Below, in pieces: positions 18,239 through 28,507 of a DNA stretch of 64,000 nucleotides (position 1 is the stretch's first letter; each line of letters begins with the position of its first letter). The position numbers and the translations under genes are program-made. Source of the stretch: Planctomycetaceae bacterium (lineage in GTDB: Bacteria; Planctomycetota; Planctomycetia; Pirellulales; UBA1268); the NCBI GenBank assembly GCA_947449135.1, contig CANFQO010000009.1, positions 610-64,609 of the forward strand, in the 5' to 3' direction. The notes beneath the pieces are model-generated. The model was not told the origin of the DNA. It did no database searches and saw nothing but the letters and a program-made list of their open reading frames with translations.

Positions 18239-20971
18239 ATGAGCCCGGGTATGCCACCGCAGTCCACCTTCACGGGCCGCTCGCGCCGCCGCAAGACCCA
18301 TCCGTGGGTGAGGGCTGGCGACATGCTGGCCCGCGCCGTCATCACTCTGGGAGGCATCGGCACGATCATCGCCGTGTTGGCTGTCGCCGTGTTCCTTATG
18401 GGCGTGGCGCTGCCGTTATTCTGGCCGGCGCGGCTCACGCTGGAACATGGGGCTAGTGTCGTCGCCCCGGTGGCGGGAGGGTCTGCGACGGATTCGGCGG
18501 CCGTGCCAGTCCGGGGGGAGTCTGGCACCTTCACCGCCCTCGGTGCCGATGAGGCGGGTGTCGTGGCGTGGATGTTTGATGGCAACGCGGTTTCCGAATC
18601 AGAAGTCGCGGCCGCCCCGGGGCTCCTGCGGGTCTTCTCGATCGCCGACGGCAAGGCTCTGCTGACTCGATCGGCTGCTGAGTGTGGGCTGTCCGATGCA
18701 ACCACCATTCAGATGCTTCCCGGTGGCATCCAGGCCGTGGTTGGTTTCCAGGATGGTTCCTTCCGCATCGGCCGCCTGGGTTTGGAGTCGACGTTCCTCT
18801 CGCCCGATGCGGTGCCGCCCGCCATCGCCGGCCTCGCTGAAGGAGCGGCGGAGGTTCACGACGGTGGTCTGATCGTGCGGACGTCCAGCGGGCAGTACGG
18901 AACCGTTCGCATGGTGACCGAATTTGAATCACCCCCGTCGACCGTCCTCGATCGCCCGGTGATTGATGCCGACATCACGATGCTGTCCGGCGGCCCGCTC
19001 GTTGCCGCACTGGATGCTGCCGGCACGGTGCGAGTGGAGACGATCACGTCGCGACGTAACCTGCTCACCGATGAACTGATCACCTCTGCGTCAGGCGCCA
19101 CGATCGACGTCGCTGCCAATGACTCAGGGATCGGGGACAATCGATTCAGTCCGAGATTCGTGCGGGTGTCGGAGTTGGGGGACCAGTTGTTTCTGATCGC
19201 GGCGGACGGCGGTGCACGGCGGTATGAGATTCGCGACATCGAGTCGCCGGTATTGATGGAGTCGTTCGATACGGTGCCGAACGAAGATACCGTGACCTGT
19301 GTGGTCGATATCTTCGGCGGCAATGCGATCGCCGTCGGCGACAGCGCTGGGGTGGTGCGGGTGTTTTTTGCAACCCGGGCGGCTGACGTGACCGCCGCGG
19401 ACGGATTGCAGATGGCCGAAGTGAACGTGTTTCCTGCGGTTTCTGGCGGTGGTTCGTCCACCGGCATCACCGCGATGTCGTCTTCGCCGCGTTCGCGTCT
19501 CTTGGCGGTCGCTGATGCCGCTGGGGGGATCCGCCTCCTGCAGACAACCACCGGGGCGACGGCGGTGTCGCTCCGGGGCGTCGATCCGGCGGCACTCGAG
19601 GCTCCCGCTGGGCAACTGCTGATCACGCCTCGCGAAAACAGGCTGCTCGCAACCGGCGGGAACCGGATGGCGGCATGGTCGTTGAACGCGGGCTATCCGG
19701 AAGTCTCCTGGCGGGCCCTGTTCGGTCGGGTGTGGTACGAGAAATATCCTGGGCCGGTCCATGCCTGGGAGACGACGGGCCACGAATCATTTGAGCCAAA
19801 GTTCGGCCTCGTACCGCTGATTTTTGGCACGCTCAAGGCCACCCTCTATTCAATGTTGTTCGCCACGCCGATTGCGATTCTCGCGGCGATCTTCGCCAGC
19901 CAGTTCATGCATCCCACCTGGAAGGCCCGCATCAAGCCGACGATCGAGATGATGGCCAGCCTGCCGAGCGTAGTGCTCGGTTTCGTGGCTGGGTTGATCT
20001 TTGCGCCGATCATCGAGCGGTCATTGATGACGATGTTGGCGGGTTTTTTCTGCGTGCCGCTGACGTTGCTCAGTGGGGCGTTCTGCTGGCAACTCCTGCC
20101 GCCAGGCTGGCGGAGCCGGTATGCGGCCTGGCGGTTTCCGCTCATCGTCGCCGTCGCATTGCCGGCAGGAGTTGCGGTGGCGGGAGCGGCGGCGGCTCCC
20201 ATGGAGCGGTTGCTATTCAACGGCGATGCGGCCGCGTGGCTGGACGGACGCGGCGGAAGTGGATTCGGCGGCTGGGTGCTCGCCCTGCTGCCACTCGCCG
20301 GCGTGTTGTCGGCGATGTTGCTGGGCTGGTTCGTCAACCCGTGGCTGCGGCGCAACAGCCGGGGATGGTCGCAGCATCGGGCAGCGGTCGTATCGCTGTG
20401 CACCTTCGCCGTCGGTGTCACTCTGGCCGTCGCCCTGGCCGTCGCTGCGGCGTCGTTTTTTGACGCGCTGCGACTCGACACCCGCGGTGGGCTGTTTGGC
20501 ACGTACGTGCAACGCAATGCCCTCATCGTTGCCATTGGCATGAGCTTCGCCATCATTCCACTGATCTTTACCATCGCCGACGACGCGCTCTCCAGCGTGC
20601 CCGACCATCTTCGCAGTGCCTCGCTCGGAGCCGGAGCCACTCCGTGGCAGACGGCAGTCCGCGTGATCGTCCCGGCCGCGGCCAGCGGTCTCTTCTCCGC
20701 TGTGATGATCGGATTGGGGCGGGCCGTTGGCGAGACGATGATCGTGTTGATGGCGGCGGGCAACACGCCGCTGATGGGCTGGAACCTGTTCAACGGATTC
20801 CAGACGCTCTCGGCCGCCATTGCCACCGAACTGCCCGAGGCCGCTCGGGGCAGTGCTCACTACCGAGTGCTTTTCCTGGCGGCCCTCACGCTCTTCGCCA
20901 TGACATTCGTCGTGAACACGGCTGCGGAGATCGTGCGGCAGCGGTTCCGCAGGAGGTCCCATGAACTCTGA
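18239..20971 (+). CDS. pstC: Phosphate ABC transporter permease (long form, with large extracytoplasmic beta-rich domain)
   Basis: C-terminal GTLKAT, SLPSVVLG, ASLGAGATPWQT, GRAVGETMIV; about 450-aa soluble insert after TM1. Confidence 0.88.
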   Translation: MSPGMPPQSTFTGRSRRRKTHPWVRAGDMLARAVITLGGIGTIIAVLAVAVFLMGVALPLFWPARLTLEHGASVVAPVAGGSATDSAAVPVRGESGTFTALGADEAGVVAWMFDGNAVSESEVAAAPGLLRVFSIADGKALLTRSAAECGLSDATTIQMLPGGIQAVVGFQDGSFRIGRLGLESTFLSPDAVPPAIAGLAEGAAEVHDGGLIVRTSSGQYGTVRMVTEFESPPSTVLDRPVIDADITMLSGGPLVAALDAAGTVRVETITSRRNLLTDELITSASGATIDVAANDSGIGDNRFSPRFVRVSELGDQLFLIAADGGARRYEIRDIESPVLMESFDTVPNEDTVTCVVDIFGGNAIAVGDSAGVVRVFFATRAADVTAADGLQMAEVNVFPAVSGGGSSTGITAMSSSPRSRLLAVADAAGGIRLLQTTTGATAVSLRGVDPAALEAPAGQLLITPRENRLLATGGNRMAAWSLNAGYPEVSWRALFGRVWYEKYPGPVHAWETTGHESFEPKFGLVPLIFGTLKATLYSMLFATPIAILAAIFASQFMHPTWKARIKPTIEMMASLPSVVLGFVAGLIFAPIIERSLMTMLAGFFCVPLTLLSGAFCWQLLPPGWRSRYAAWRFPLIVAVALPAGVAVAGAAAAPMERLLFNGDAAAWLDGRGGSGFGGWVLALLPLAGVLSAMLLGWFVNPWLRRNSRGWSQHRAAVVSLCTFAVGVTLAVALAVAAASFFDALRLDTRGGLFGTYVQRNALIVAIGMSFAIIPLIFTIADDALSSVPDHLRSASLGAGATPWQTAVRVIVPAAASGLFSAVMIGLGRAVGETMIVLMAAGNTPLMGWNLFNGFQTLSAAIATELPEAARGSAHYRVLFLAALTLFAMTFVVNTAAEIVRQRFRRRSHEL

Positions 20972-22664
20972 CAGGCAGCGACCCAGGCGGATGCGTTCGT
21001 CCTATTCGAGCCTGACGGCCCACGGCGAACCGTGGGTATGGCTCACCGGCGGGGCCTTGGCGCTAGCGATCATGATGATCACCGGCCTGCTCGCGTTTAT
21101 CGCGATCCGCGGAGCGAGCACGTTCTGGCCCGTGCCGCTCGAACTGGTTGAGTTGGCCGATGGCCGGCGGGCACTCGGCGAGGTGTCTGAAAAAGAGGAG
21201 GCCGAGGCGGCCACGGCTGCGGTGACAGGTCGCAGTGCCCGTCGGCTCGTCCGCACGGCCAACTTTGAAGTCTCAGGCAAGCATTACGAATGGTTCGATG
21301 ACGCGGCGATCGCGGAAGTGAGTCGGCCGGAATGGGCCACCGCCTTGGAGCGACTCGAGGGGGGCAGGTTTCACGGCTTCCCGGTGCGGTTGCTGCATGG
21401 CGATGAGGTCATCGCCGTCGGTCCCGAGGAGACCTGGAAGGCCTTCGAACGCGAGCATCCCGCCGTGCGGCGGCGGTGGCGGGAGGTCATGCGGATCGAC
21501 AGGCACGACCGCGGCCGTCTGCAGCGCGACCTTCGTGCCGCGCGACTGGCAGTCGTGCAGGCAGGGCTCGACGCGGGAACTGCAGCCGCGAACTCGGCGT
21601 CGGTGTCGGCCGCGCAGGCCGCGGCGGCCGCGACGGAACAGGAAGTCATCGCCCGCGTGAACGGGCGGTCTGCAGAACTCGACGCGCAGACGGCGGCATT
21701 GCGGCGGCAGAACGAGGGCTGGGGGCTCGAGGTCGAAACTGCCGACGGCATCAAGAAGATCCTGCCGCTCGAGGGCATCGTACGGGCTTGGCAACCGAAC
21801 CGGCTCTCGACGGCCGGCAAACTTGGCGTGTACGCCGGTCGATGGCAGGAGTTTCTCACCGACGATCCGCGGGAGGCCAACAGCGCCGGCGGCGTCTTCC
21901 CCGCGATTTGGGGCACCGTGTCCATGACGCTGATCATGGCGCTCCTGGTGGCCCCCTTCGGCGTGCTGGCCGCGCTCTATCTTCGCGAGTATGCCTCACG
22001 CGGGCCTGTCACAACGGCGGTGCGGATCGCCATCAACAATCTCGCTGGCGTGCCGAGCATCGTCTACGGAGCATTTGGGCTCGGATTCTTCTGTTATGCG
22101 CTCGGTGGCAGCATCGATGAGCTCTTTTTCCGTGCCAGCCTGGTGGCGGACAAGCAGCCGACATTCGGCACCGGCGGCCTGCTCTGGGCGTCGCTCACCC
22201 TCGCGCTTTTGACGTTGCCGGTGGTGATCGTGGCCACCGAAGAGGCCCTCTCCGCCGTTCCCAACTCCATGCGTGAGGGGTCGTATGCGTGTGGCGCCGG
22301 CAAGTGGCAGACCATTCGGCGGATCGTGCTGCCCAGGGCGCTGCCGGGCATCATGACGGGCCTCATTCTGGCGATGGCGCGGGGGGCGGGCGAAGTGGCG
22401 CCATTGATGCTCGTGGGTGTGAAAAAGCTCGCGCTCGACCTGCCGATCGACGGCACGTTTCCTTTCGTCCATCCCGAGCGGGAGTTCATGCACCTCGCCT
22501 ACCTGATCTACGACGTCGGCTTCCAGAGTCCCAATAGCCAGGCGGCCAAGCCGATGGTGTTTACGATCACGTTCCTGCTGGTGGCGATCATCGCGCTGCT
22601 CAACGTGGCTGCGATCTGGCTCCGCTCCCGGCTAAAGCGTCGGTATGTCTCGCAACAGTTTTAG
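20961..22664 (+). CDS. pstA: Phosphate ABC transporter permease (long form)
   Basis: PREANSAGGVFPAIWGT, NLAGVPSIVYG, REGSYACGAGKWQT, ARGAGEVAPL. Confidence 0.92.
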   Translation: MNSDRQRPRRMRSSYSSLTAHGEPWVWLTGGALALAIMMITGLLAFIAIRGASTFWPVPLELVELADGRRALGEVSEKEEAEAATAAVTGRSARRLVRTANFEVSGKHYEWFDDAAIAEVSRPEWATALERLEGGRFHGFPVRLLHGDEVIAVGPEETWKAFEREHPAVRRRWREVMRIDRHDRGRLQRDLRAARLAVVQAGLDAGTAAANSASVSAAQAAAAATEQEVIARVNGRSAELDAQTAALRRQNEGWGLEVETADGIKKILPLEGIVRAWQPNRLSTAGKLGVYAGRWQEFLTDDPREANSAGGVFPAIWGTVSMTLIMALLVAPFGVLAALYLREYASRGPVTTAVRIAINNLAGVPSIVYGAFGLGFFCYALGGSIDELFFRASLVADKQPTFGTGGLLWASLTLALLTLPVVIVATEEALSAVPNSMREGSYACGAGKWQTIRRIVLPRALPGIMTGLILAMARGAGEVAPLMLVGVKKLALDLPIDGTFPFVHPEREFMHLAYLIYDVGFQSPNSQAAKPMVFTITFLLVAIIALLNVAAIWLRSRLKRRYVSQQF

Positions 22665-22757
22665 TCACATGCAGAACGCTCACCTGCCGGGGGTGATTTC
22701 GGTGTGGTACGATCATTCAGCAGTCGTCACGGACGATCGCCTTTCATTGGTAGCATC

Positions 22758-23642
22758 ATGAACATTCAGGCAGAGCCAACAGCACCGCGAGGCGGACAGC
22801 CCGAAACAGTGACGGCCACCGATCGTTTGCAGGCGGTGGCCGCGGGCCGCGATGTGCCCTCCGAAGTGCACCCCGAAGTGCTCGAAGCGACTCCGGTCCT
22901 GGAGATCGACCGCTTCAACCTTTGGTATGGCGGCAAGCAGGCGCTCCACGGCATCACCATGCCGATCCCGAACAACAAGGTCACGGCGCTCATCGGCCCC
23001 AGCGGTTGCGGCAAGTCGACCCTGCTGCGGAGTGTCAACCGTCTCAACGATCTCGTGCAGAGCGTGCGGATCACCGGTGACATGCGGCTCAACGGCGACT
23101 CGATCTACGACCCCAGGATGGATGTCATCGAATTGCGGAAGCGGATGGGTATGGTGTTTCAGAAGCCGAATCCGTTTCCGATGAGCATCTATGAAAACGT
23201 CGTCTACGCCCTGCGGATCGATGGCGAGAACAACCGCGCCGCGCTCGACGAAGTCTGCGAACTGAGCCTGCGGGGTGCGGCCCTCTGGGACGAGGTGAAA
23301 GACCGGCTGCACGACAGTGCGATCGGGCTCTCGGGCGGCCAGCAGCAGCGGCTCTGCATCGCGCGGGCTATCGCGGCCGAACCGGAAGTGCTGCTGCTCG
23401 ACGAACCTTGCTCCGCCCTCGATCCGATTGCGACCGGTAAGGTCGAGGACCTGATTCAGGAACTGCGTGGCCGGTATTCCGTACTGATTGTCACTCACAA
23501 CATGCAGCAGGCCAGCCGCACGAGCGACTATACCGCGTTCATGTATCTCGGCCGGCTCATCGAATACGGCACGACTTCCGGCATCTTTACCAAGCCAATC
23601 CTCCGTGAGACCGAGGCCTACGTCACCGGCCGCTTCGGCTGA
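22758..23642 (+). CDS. pstB: Phosphate ABC transporter ATP-binding protein
   Basis: [52 protein letters not shown]. Confidence 0.96.
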   Translation: MNIQAEPTAPRGGQPETVTATDRLQAVAAGRDVPSEVHPEVLEATPVLEIDRFNLWYGGKQALHGITMPIPNNKVTALIGPSGCGKSTLLRSVNRLNDLVQSVRITGDMRLNGDSIYDPRMDVIELRKRMGMVFQKPNPFPMSIYENVVYALRIDGENNRAALDEVCELSLRGAALWDEVKDRLHDSAIGLSGGQQQRLCIARAIAAEPEVLLLDEPCSALDPIATGKVEDLIQELRGRYSVLIVTHNMQQASRTSDYTAFMYLGRLIEYGTTSGIFTKPILRETEAYVTGRFG

Positions 23643-23650
23643 CAATCCCA

Positions 23651-24310
23651 ATGACGCACCACATCGAACGCCAGATCGAGCATTTGAAAGAGCGGATCCT
23701 CCGTGTCGGCACCCTCGTGGAGGAGGCGATCTCGAAATCGATCACGGCACTCATCAACCGCGACACGCAGCTCGCGCAGCGTGTCATGAGTAGCGACGAG
23801 GATATTGACCGCATGGAAGTGGAGGTCGAAGAGGAGTGCCTGAAAATCCTCGCCCTCTACCAGCCGGTTGCCGCCGACCTCCGCTTCGTGGTATCGGTGC
23901 TGAAGATCAACAACGATCTCGAACGAATGGGCGACCTGGCCCGAAACATCGCGAAGCGGGTGGCCCAACTCACCGCAGGAGAGCCCTGCGTGCTGCCTCC
24001 CGAGATTCGCACGATGGCGATGCAGGCGCAGGACATGGTGAAGGAGTGCCTCGACGCGGTGGTCAAAGGGGATCCATCCCTGGCCCGGCAGGTTCGCGAG
24101 GAGGATGACGCGGTCGATGAAGCACGGCAGAAGATTCGGCGGAGGGTGATCCAGGAAATCAAGGAAAACCCTGAAAACGTGGAGAGTCTGCTGCGGATCA
24201 ATTCCGTTTCCAAGCACATCGAGCGGATCGCCGATATGGCGACGAACATCGCCGAGGACGTGATTTATATGGTGCAGGGCGACATCGTCCGGCACCGTTC
24301 CAACGACTGA
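23651..24310 (+). CDS. phoU: Phosphate signalling complex protein PhoU
   Basis: YQPVAADLR, DLERMGD, ERIADMATNIAE; last gene of the pst operon. Confidence 0.95.
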   Translation: MTHHIERQIEHLKERILRVGTLVEEAISKSITALINRDTQLAQRVMSSDEDIDRMEVEVEEECLKILALYQPVAADLRFVVSVLKINNDLERMGDLARNIAKRVAQLTAGEPCVLPPEIRTMAMQAQDMVKECLDAVVKGDPSLARQVREEDDAVDEARQKIRRRVIQEIKENPENVESLLRINSVSKHIERIADMATNIAEDVIYMVQGDIVRHRSND

Positions 24311-24389
24311 ATACACGAAAAACATCGCATCGTGCGATTTTTTCTTGGCGGGCCTCCGCCCGCCGGTGCTGACCCGGCCATCCTGGCCT
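24311..24389 (+). repeat. Dispersed multi-hairpin element, copy C
   Basis: GAAAAA-c-ATCGCA[tcg]TGCGAT-TTTTTC, GGCGGGC[ctcc]GCCCGCC and GGCC[atcct]GGCC; starts right after the phoU TGA. Confidence 0.85.
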
Positions 24390-24480
24390 AACGCGAATTT
24401 GGCTCCGCTTTCCGGCTGCTCCTGCCCCGTGGTAGCCTTTTCGGGTCATTTCGCCCGTCCCGCTGCCGGAACCCGCGCCC

Positions 24481-25971
24481 ATGTCATCCTTCACTGCCAT
24501 TGTCGTACCGTCACTCCATCGCGCACTGCGTGCACTGCCGGCCGTGGTGATGACACTCGTCGGACTGCTCTCCGCAGTTGCTCGGGCCGAGGATCCAGTC
24601 GCCGTGCTGATCACCGGGCCATTGTCGGCGAAGGTGGGCGATCGGGTGGCATTTGAGGTGGAACTGGTCAATCGCTCCGGCCGACCGCTGGAGAAACTGC
24701 GGGTGATCGACTACTTCGACAAGGGCTTTCATCACGACGCTTCGCTGAGCCCGATCGAACAGAAAGGCACCATCGATCTGGCTGCGGGCACATCTCGCCG
24801 GCTGACACTCGATTTCCTGCTCGATGAACCGGGTCGTCAATGCCATCGGGTGGAGATTCTCGATCAGGCCCACACCTTTGTTGGAGGCGCGACCTCGTGC
24901 GTGCAAGTGACCGGCTCGCCGATCACCGTTGCTGCGCCACAGTCCACTCCGCTCCCAACGACGCCCGCGCCGCTTTCGCCTGCGGCCAATGGCTATCCCG
25001 CCACGACCTATCCTGCGGCGCCGACGGTTCCCGCCACGCCCGCGCTGCCGCCGGCAGCCATAGCGGCTCCCTTGGCTGCAGCTCCCTTGGCTGCAGCTGC
25101 GCTCGCTCCGCCAGCTGCGCCGTCATTTACGCCGCCTCCGTTGCCTGCCACCACGCCACTGGCGACACCACAGCCGCCGGTGACAGCCAGCGTTCCAACA
25201 TCCACGCCCCTCCCCGCCACGCCATCACTGGAACTGGATATGGTTGGTCCGGCGGAGGTGCTGCCTGGTTCCGTTTCGGAATTCGTTGCCACCGTGCGGA
25301 ACACCGGGAGTGTGGCATCGGGACCGACGACACTCGAATTTAGCTGGGACGACGCCTTCACGCCGCTGGAAGCCTCCGAGGGCTACAAGCTGGCCTCCTC
25401 GCGGGTGTCGTGGAGCCTGACCTCGATCGAGCCCGGCGGGGAGTTGCGACGGCAGATCAACCTGCGGTCCCAGTCCACCGGTGCGGCCGGGACTGCTGCG
25501 CGGTCCTGCGTCCGCGGCGTGCTCAGTGGGTCGGTCGGAGGGGTCATGGTGGCCGATGAATCGTGCGTGCTCATCCGTTCGAATACCCCACGGGCCCGCA
25601 CTCCCCGCGATGCCGGCCTACGGCTGACGCTGGCGGACTGCGACGATCCGGTCATCGTTGGGCACCCCACCACGCTCATCTGCACCGTCGTCAATAACGG
25701 CACCATGTCGACTGGACGAATCGACCTCACGGTCGTGCTACCGGAGCGGGCCAGCCTGGTGGGCGATCCGAGCCCGTCACGCGTGCGAATCGATGGCACG
25801 AACGTCACGTTCGACTCGATTCCAAGCATCGCTCCCGGTGGGCAGTCGACGGTGGAATTGGCCTATCGGATCCCGGGCAGCGGCACCGCGAAGGCTACGG
25901 CGATCCTCACCGGTGCCGAACTTGAAGGCTCGCTCGATTCGAGCTGCCAAACGACTTTCCTGGCGCCGTAG
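24481..25971 (+). CDS. Secreted Ig-like (DUF11/CARDB-type) repeat protein with Pro/Ala-rich linker
   Basis: Signal peptide and three Ig-like repeats (VGDRVAFEVELVNRS; PGSVSEFVATVRNTG; DDPVIVGHPTTLICTVVNNG). Confidence 0.65.
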   Translation: MSSFTAIVVPSLHRALRALPAVVMTLVGLLSAVARAEDPVAVLITGPLSAKVGDRVAFEVELVNRSGRPLEKLRVIDYFDKGFHHDASLSPIEQKGTIDLAAGTSRRLTLDFLLDEPGRQCHRVEILDQAHTFVGGATSCVQVTGSPITVAAPQSTPLPTTPAPLSPAANGYPATTYPAAPTVPATPALPPAAIAAPLAAAPLAAAALAPPAAPSFTPPPLPATTPLATPQPPVTASVPTSTPLPATPSLELDMVGPAEVLPGSVSEFVATVRNTGSVASGPTTLEFSWDDAFTPLEASEGYKLASSRVSWSLTSIEPGGELRRQINLRSQSTGAAGTAARSCVRGVLSGSVGGVMVADESCVLIRSNTPRARTPRDAGLRLTLADCDDPVIVGHPTTLICTVVNNGTMSTGRIDLTVVLPERASLVGDPSPSRVRIDGTNVTFDSIPSIAPGGQSTVELAYRIPGSGTAKATAILTGAELEGSLDSSCQTTFLAP

Positions 25972-26229
25972 ATCGCCGTCGGGATGCGTCGAGCGGCCCG
26001 AGCCTGGCATTCCTCCCGGTCATTCTCGCTGCGACTCACCGGCGCGCTCTGCCCATGACAGAAAGCCGCAGAGTTTGTGCAATCCGCAGGGTCGGGCTGG
26101 CAACTGCCGACGGTGTCGTGGAGGCGACCGCCGATCACACGGTGGGGTTCCTCGTGCCGATGACATCAGGCAGGTCCGGGGGCGGCGGGCTCGCATGTCG
26201 TCGTCTGCGTTGCCGTCGGGAATTCCGCC

Positions 26230-27504
26230 ATGCTCGTGGTGACTTCGAACTGGTGCATTTCGGACGGCACGCTCGCCGCTGGGCCGCCACGCGGGTGCAT
26301 TGGCCGATTTCGCGACGAGGTACGGCGATCGAGCCTGCGCTGTGGATTTCGTCGGGACGGCAGCTACCGTCCCGTGGACGCGGTTGATGTTGTTCTCGCC
26401 GGCGACACCTTCGACTGGCTCGTCAGCCGTGAGTGGACCGACGAGGTGCGTCCGTGGGATGGCGGCCGGCGGGCCGTGGCGACTTTGAATCGTGTTGCGG
26501 GCGTTTCACTGCAACGGGGCAATCGGCTGTTGGCGACGCTGGCAGCTTGGATGCGGCGTGGGATCAAGGTGCCGGTGGCTGACCGGCGTGGGCGGCCGCA
26601 GCCGTCTGTCTTGCGTCCGGTGCCGGTGCGGGTGGCGGTGCTCTGCGGCGATCGTGATCGTTGGCTGGAGCGGGTGGCCTCCGGCTGGACGCCTGCGGCA
26701 CATGGACCGGTGATCGGCACGAGCTGGTCCGATGGCGACGTCACCGTGCGCCACGGTGCAGAACTGGACCCACTCTCCGTGGCATTCGACGGCGAACCCA
26801 CACTTGGAGAAAGCCTCGCCGTCGATTTGATCGGGAGGTTTGGCGTGTCTGTCCACGACATTGCCAGGCTTCGCCCGCTGGCAGCTGGCCTGCTGCGCCG
26901 ACTGGCCGGAGGATGCCCGGTCGATGCTCCGCAGCGGCTGGCCGCCTGGCTGGAGGCTCACGATCGGGGGGCAACGCTCCCCGATGCGACCAGACAGGAA
27001 GTGGCCGACGCGTGGCAGAGGGCCGTTGAGCGTTGGCACCGCGCTGCACGACGGCTTCCGCCCTACGGTGATGGTGGCGTTGATCTGGTGGGTCGGGTCG
27101 TGGAGTGGCTGGAACTCAATCCCTACGGTGCAGATCCGCCACCAGCGGCCTGGCTCGATGTGGTTCGGCCCATGGAAGTGGATGCCTGTTCCTTGGCGGT
27201 TTTGGGCCATCCGCCCGCCGACATCGCGTCGTCCGCGGCCTGGCAGCGGCAGGTGGTCTGCCTGGGGCCGCGGGCCTGTCACGCCCGCGTCGGTCGTGAT
27301 GACGATCCCGGAACACCGACGGCGGTGGTCGTGATGTCCCCGGGCCGTGAAAGCCCGCAGATTGAGCGGCAGATAGACTGGATGCAGATGACCGCCGTGA
27401 GAACGTCCGGGAATCAGGAAGACGGCCGTGGAAAGCGTGGCGTGTGGCTATCGAACGAAACGGCTGATACCTGGGCCGTTCGCGGCATCGTGGATGCCGC
27501 CTGA
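26230..27504 (+). CDS. Hypothetical protein, degenerate calcineurin-like metallophosphoesterase fold
   Basis: MLVVTSNWCISDGT, VLAGDTFD, LCGDRDRW, VRHG and VLGH occur in the order of motifs I-V of the fold. Confidence 0.55.
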   Translation: MLVVTSNWCISDGTLAAGPPRGCIGRFRDEVRRSSLRCGFRRDGSYRPVDAVDVVLAGDTFDWLVSREWTDEVRPWDGGRRAVATLNRVAGVSLQRGNRLLATLAAWMRRGIKVPVADRRGRPQPSVLRPVPVRVAVLCGDRDRWLERVASGWTPAAHGPVIGTSWSDGDVTVRHGAELDPLSVAFDGEPTLGESLAVDLIGRFGVSVHDIARLRPLAAGLLRRLAGGCPVDAPQRLAAWLEAHDRGATLPDATRQEVADAWQRAVERWHRAARRLPPYGDGGVDLVGRVVEWLELNPYGADPPPAAWLDVVRPMEVDACSLAVLGHPPADIASSAAWQRQVVCLGPRACHARVGRDDDPGTPTAVVVMSPGRESPQIERQIDWMQMTAVRTSGNQEDGRGKRGVWLSNETADTWAVRGIVDAA

Positions 27505-27525
27505 GACGGTGGTGTGGAGGCAACC

Positions 27526-27861
27526 ATGACGACAAGGGATGCGGTCTCGCTCGTCGAGATTCGCACGACATTCTCCAGTCGCGACAAGGCTGCCGCCTGC
27601 GCTGCCGATCTCGTTGCCCGGCGACTGGCCGCTTGCGTCCAGGTCGATGGGCCGATCACGAGCAGCTACCGCTGGCAGGACCGGATTGAGGTGGCGGAGG
27701 AATTTCGTTGCACGTGCAAGACGACCCAGCAAGCGGCGGAGGCTTGCATCGCGGCATTGACCTGTGATCATGAGTATCAGACGCCTGAGCTGATCCGCAC
27801 GAATGTGACGTGCTCCGCGGCCTACGCCGCGTGGGTACACGCAAACGTTGGGATAGAGTGA
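27526..27861 (+). CDS. cutA: Divalent-cation tolerance protein CutA
   Basis: RLAACVQVDGPITSSYRWQD, HEYQTPELI, YAAWV. Confidence 0.9.
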   Translation: MTTRDAVSLVEIRTTFSSRDKAAACAADLVARRLAACVQVDGPITSSYRWQDRIEVAEEFRCTCKTTQQAAEACIAALTCDHEYQTPELIRTNVTCSAAYAAWVHANVGIE

Positions 27862-27884
27862 GCGTCGCAGCATTCCGAGGGAGG

Positions 27885-28391
27885 ATGCCGATGACGGTTG
27901 CGGGCACGTGCGATGACCTCCTCGCCTTCGATATCACGTTGCATGGACGCGGTTCGGGAACGGCTGAACTGCCGTCGGTCGATACCTATCAGGATGCCTG
28001 GGGTTCATGGCCCACGCTGGTCATGCCGAACGAACTGCTGGCGGTGCCGATGGTGATCGGATTCGACGAGTCGTTCGATCTGCTCAACCAACTGGAACGG
28101 ATGTACGCGGAGCCTGACGGCTCGTTTGTCTGGACGAGCCCCCGTGACGGTCGGTGGTGGCAAGTGGACGGCAATGCCTTCGAGAAAGACGGCCGTGTGC
28201 TGTTGGTGGACCTCAAGGGGAGCTGCCCCGCGTCCCAATTCGACCGCCTGTTGGCTGCATTTGGCTGGCCGCAGCAGGCTATGATCATGCAACTGGTGCG
28301 GGCGGCGATGTTTCTCGACGAACCGACGTTTCGTCGACACGCCCGCTGCCGCGGGACCGCCGGGGATGGGCAGACTCTGCGGCCCCGGTAA
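27885..28391 (+). CDS. Hypothetical protein
   Basis: Protein-like ORF (LERMYAEPDGSFVW...WQVDG...VDLKGSCP) co-oriented with cutA. Start uncertain. Confidence 0.6.
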   Translation: MPMTVAGTCDDLLAFDITLHGRGSGTAELPSVDTYQDAWGSWPTLVMPNELLAVPMVIGFDESFDLLNQLERMYAEPDGSFVWTSPRDGRWWQVDGNAFEKDGRVLLVDLKGSCPASQFDRLLAAFGWPQQAMIMQLVRAAMFLDEPTFRRHARCRGTAGDGQTLRPR

Positions 28392-28507
28392 ATGACCAGT
28401 GGCAACGATTATGCCGTCGGATCGATCGTTGACGGGGTGCGATGCCCAAAGTCAGCCGATAAACCGAAAGAGAGCCGTTATGGCGAGGAATATTCGCGGG
28501 GAGACCA

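Noticed and set aside
25060-25100. 15-bp tandem repeat gctcccttggctgca
   Set aside because: In-frame low-complexity linker (APLAA x2) within the Ig-repeat protein.
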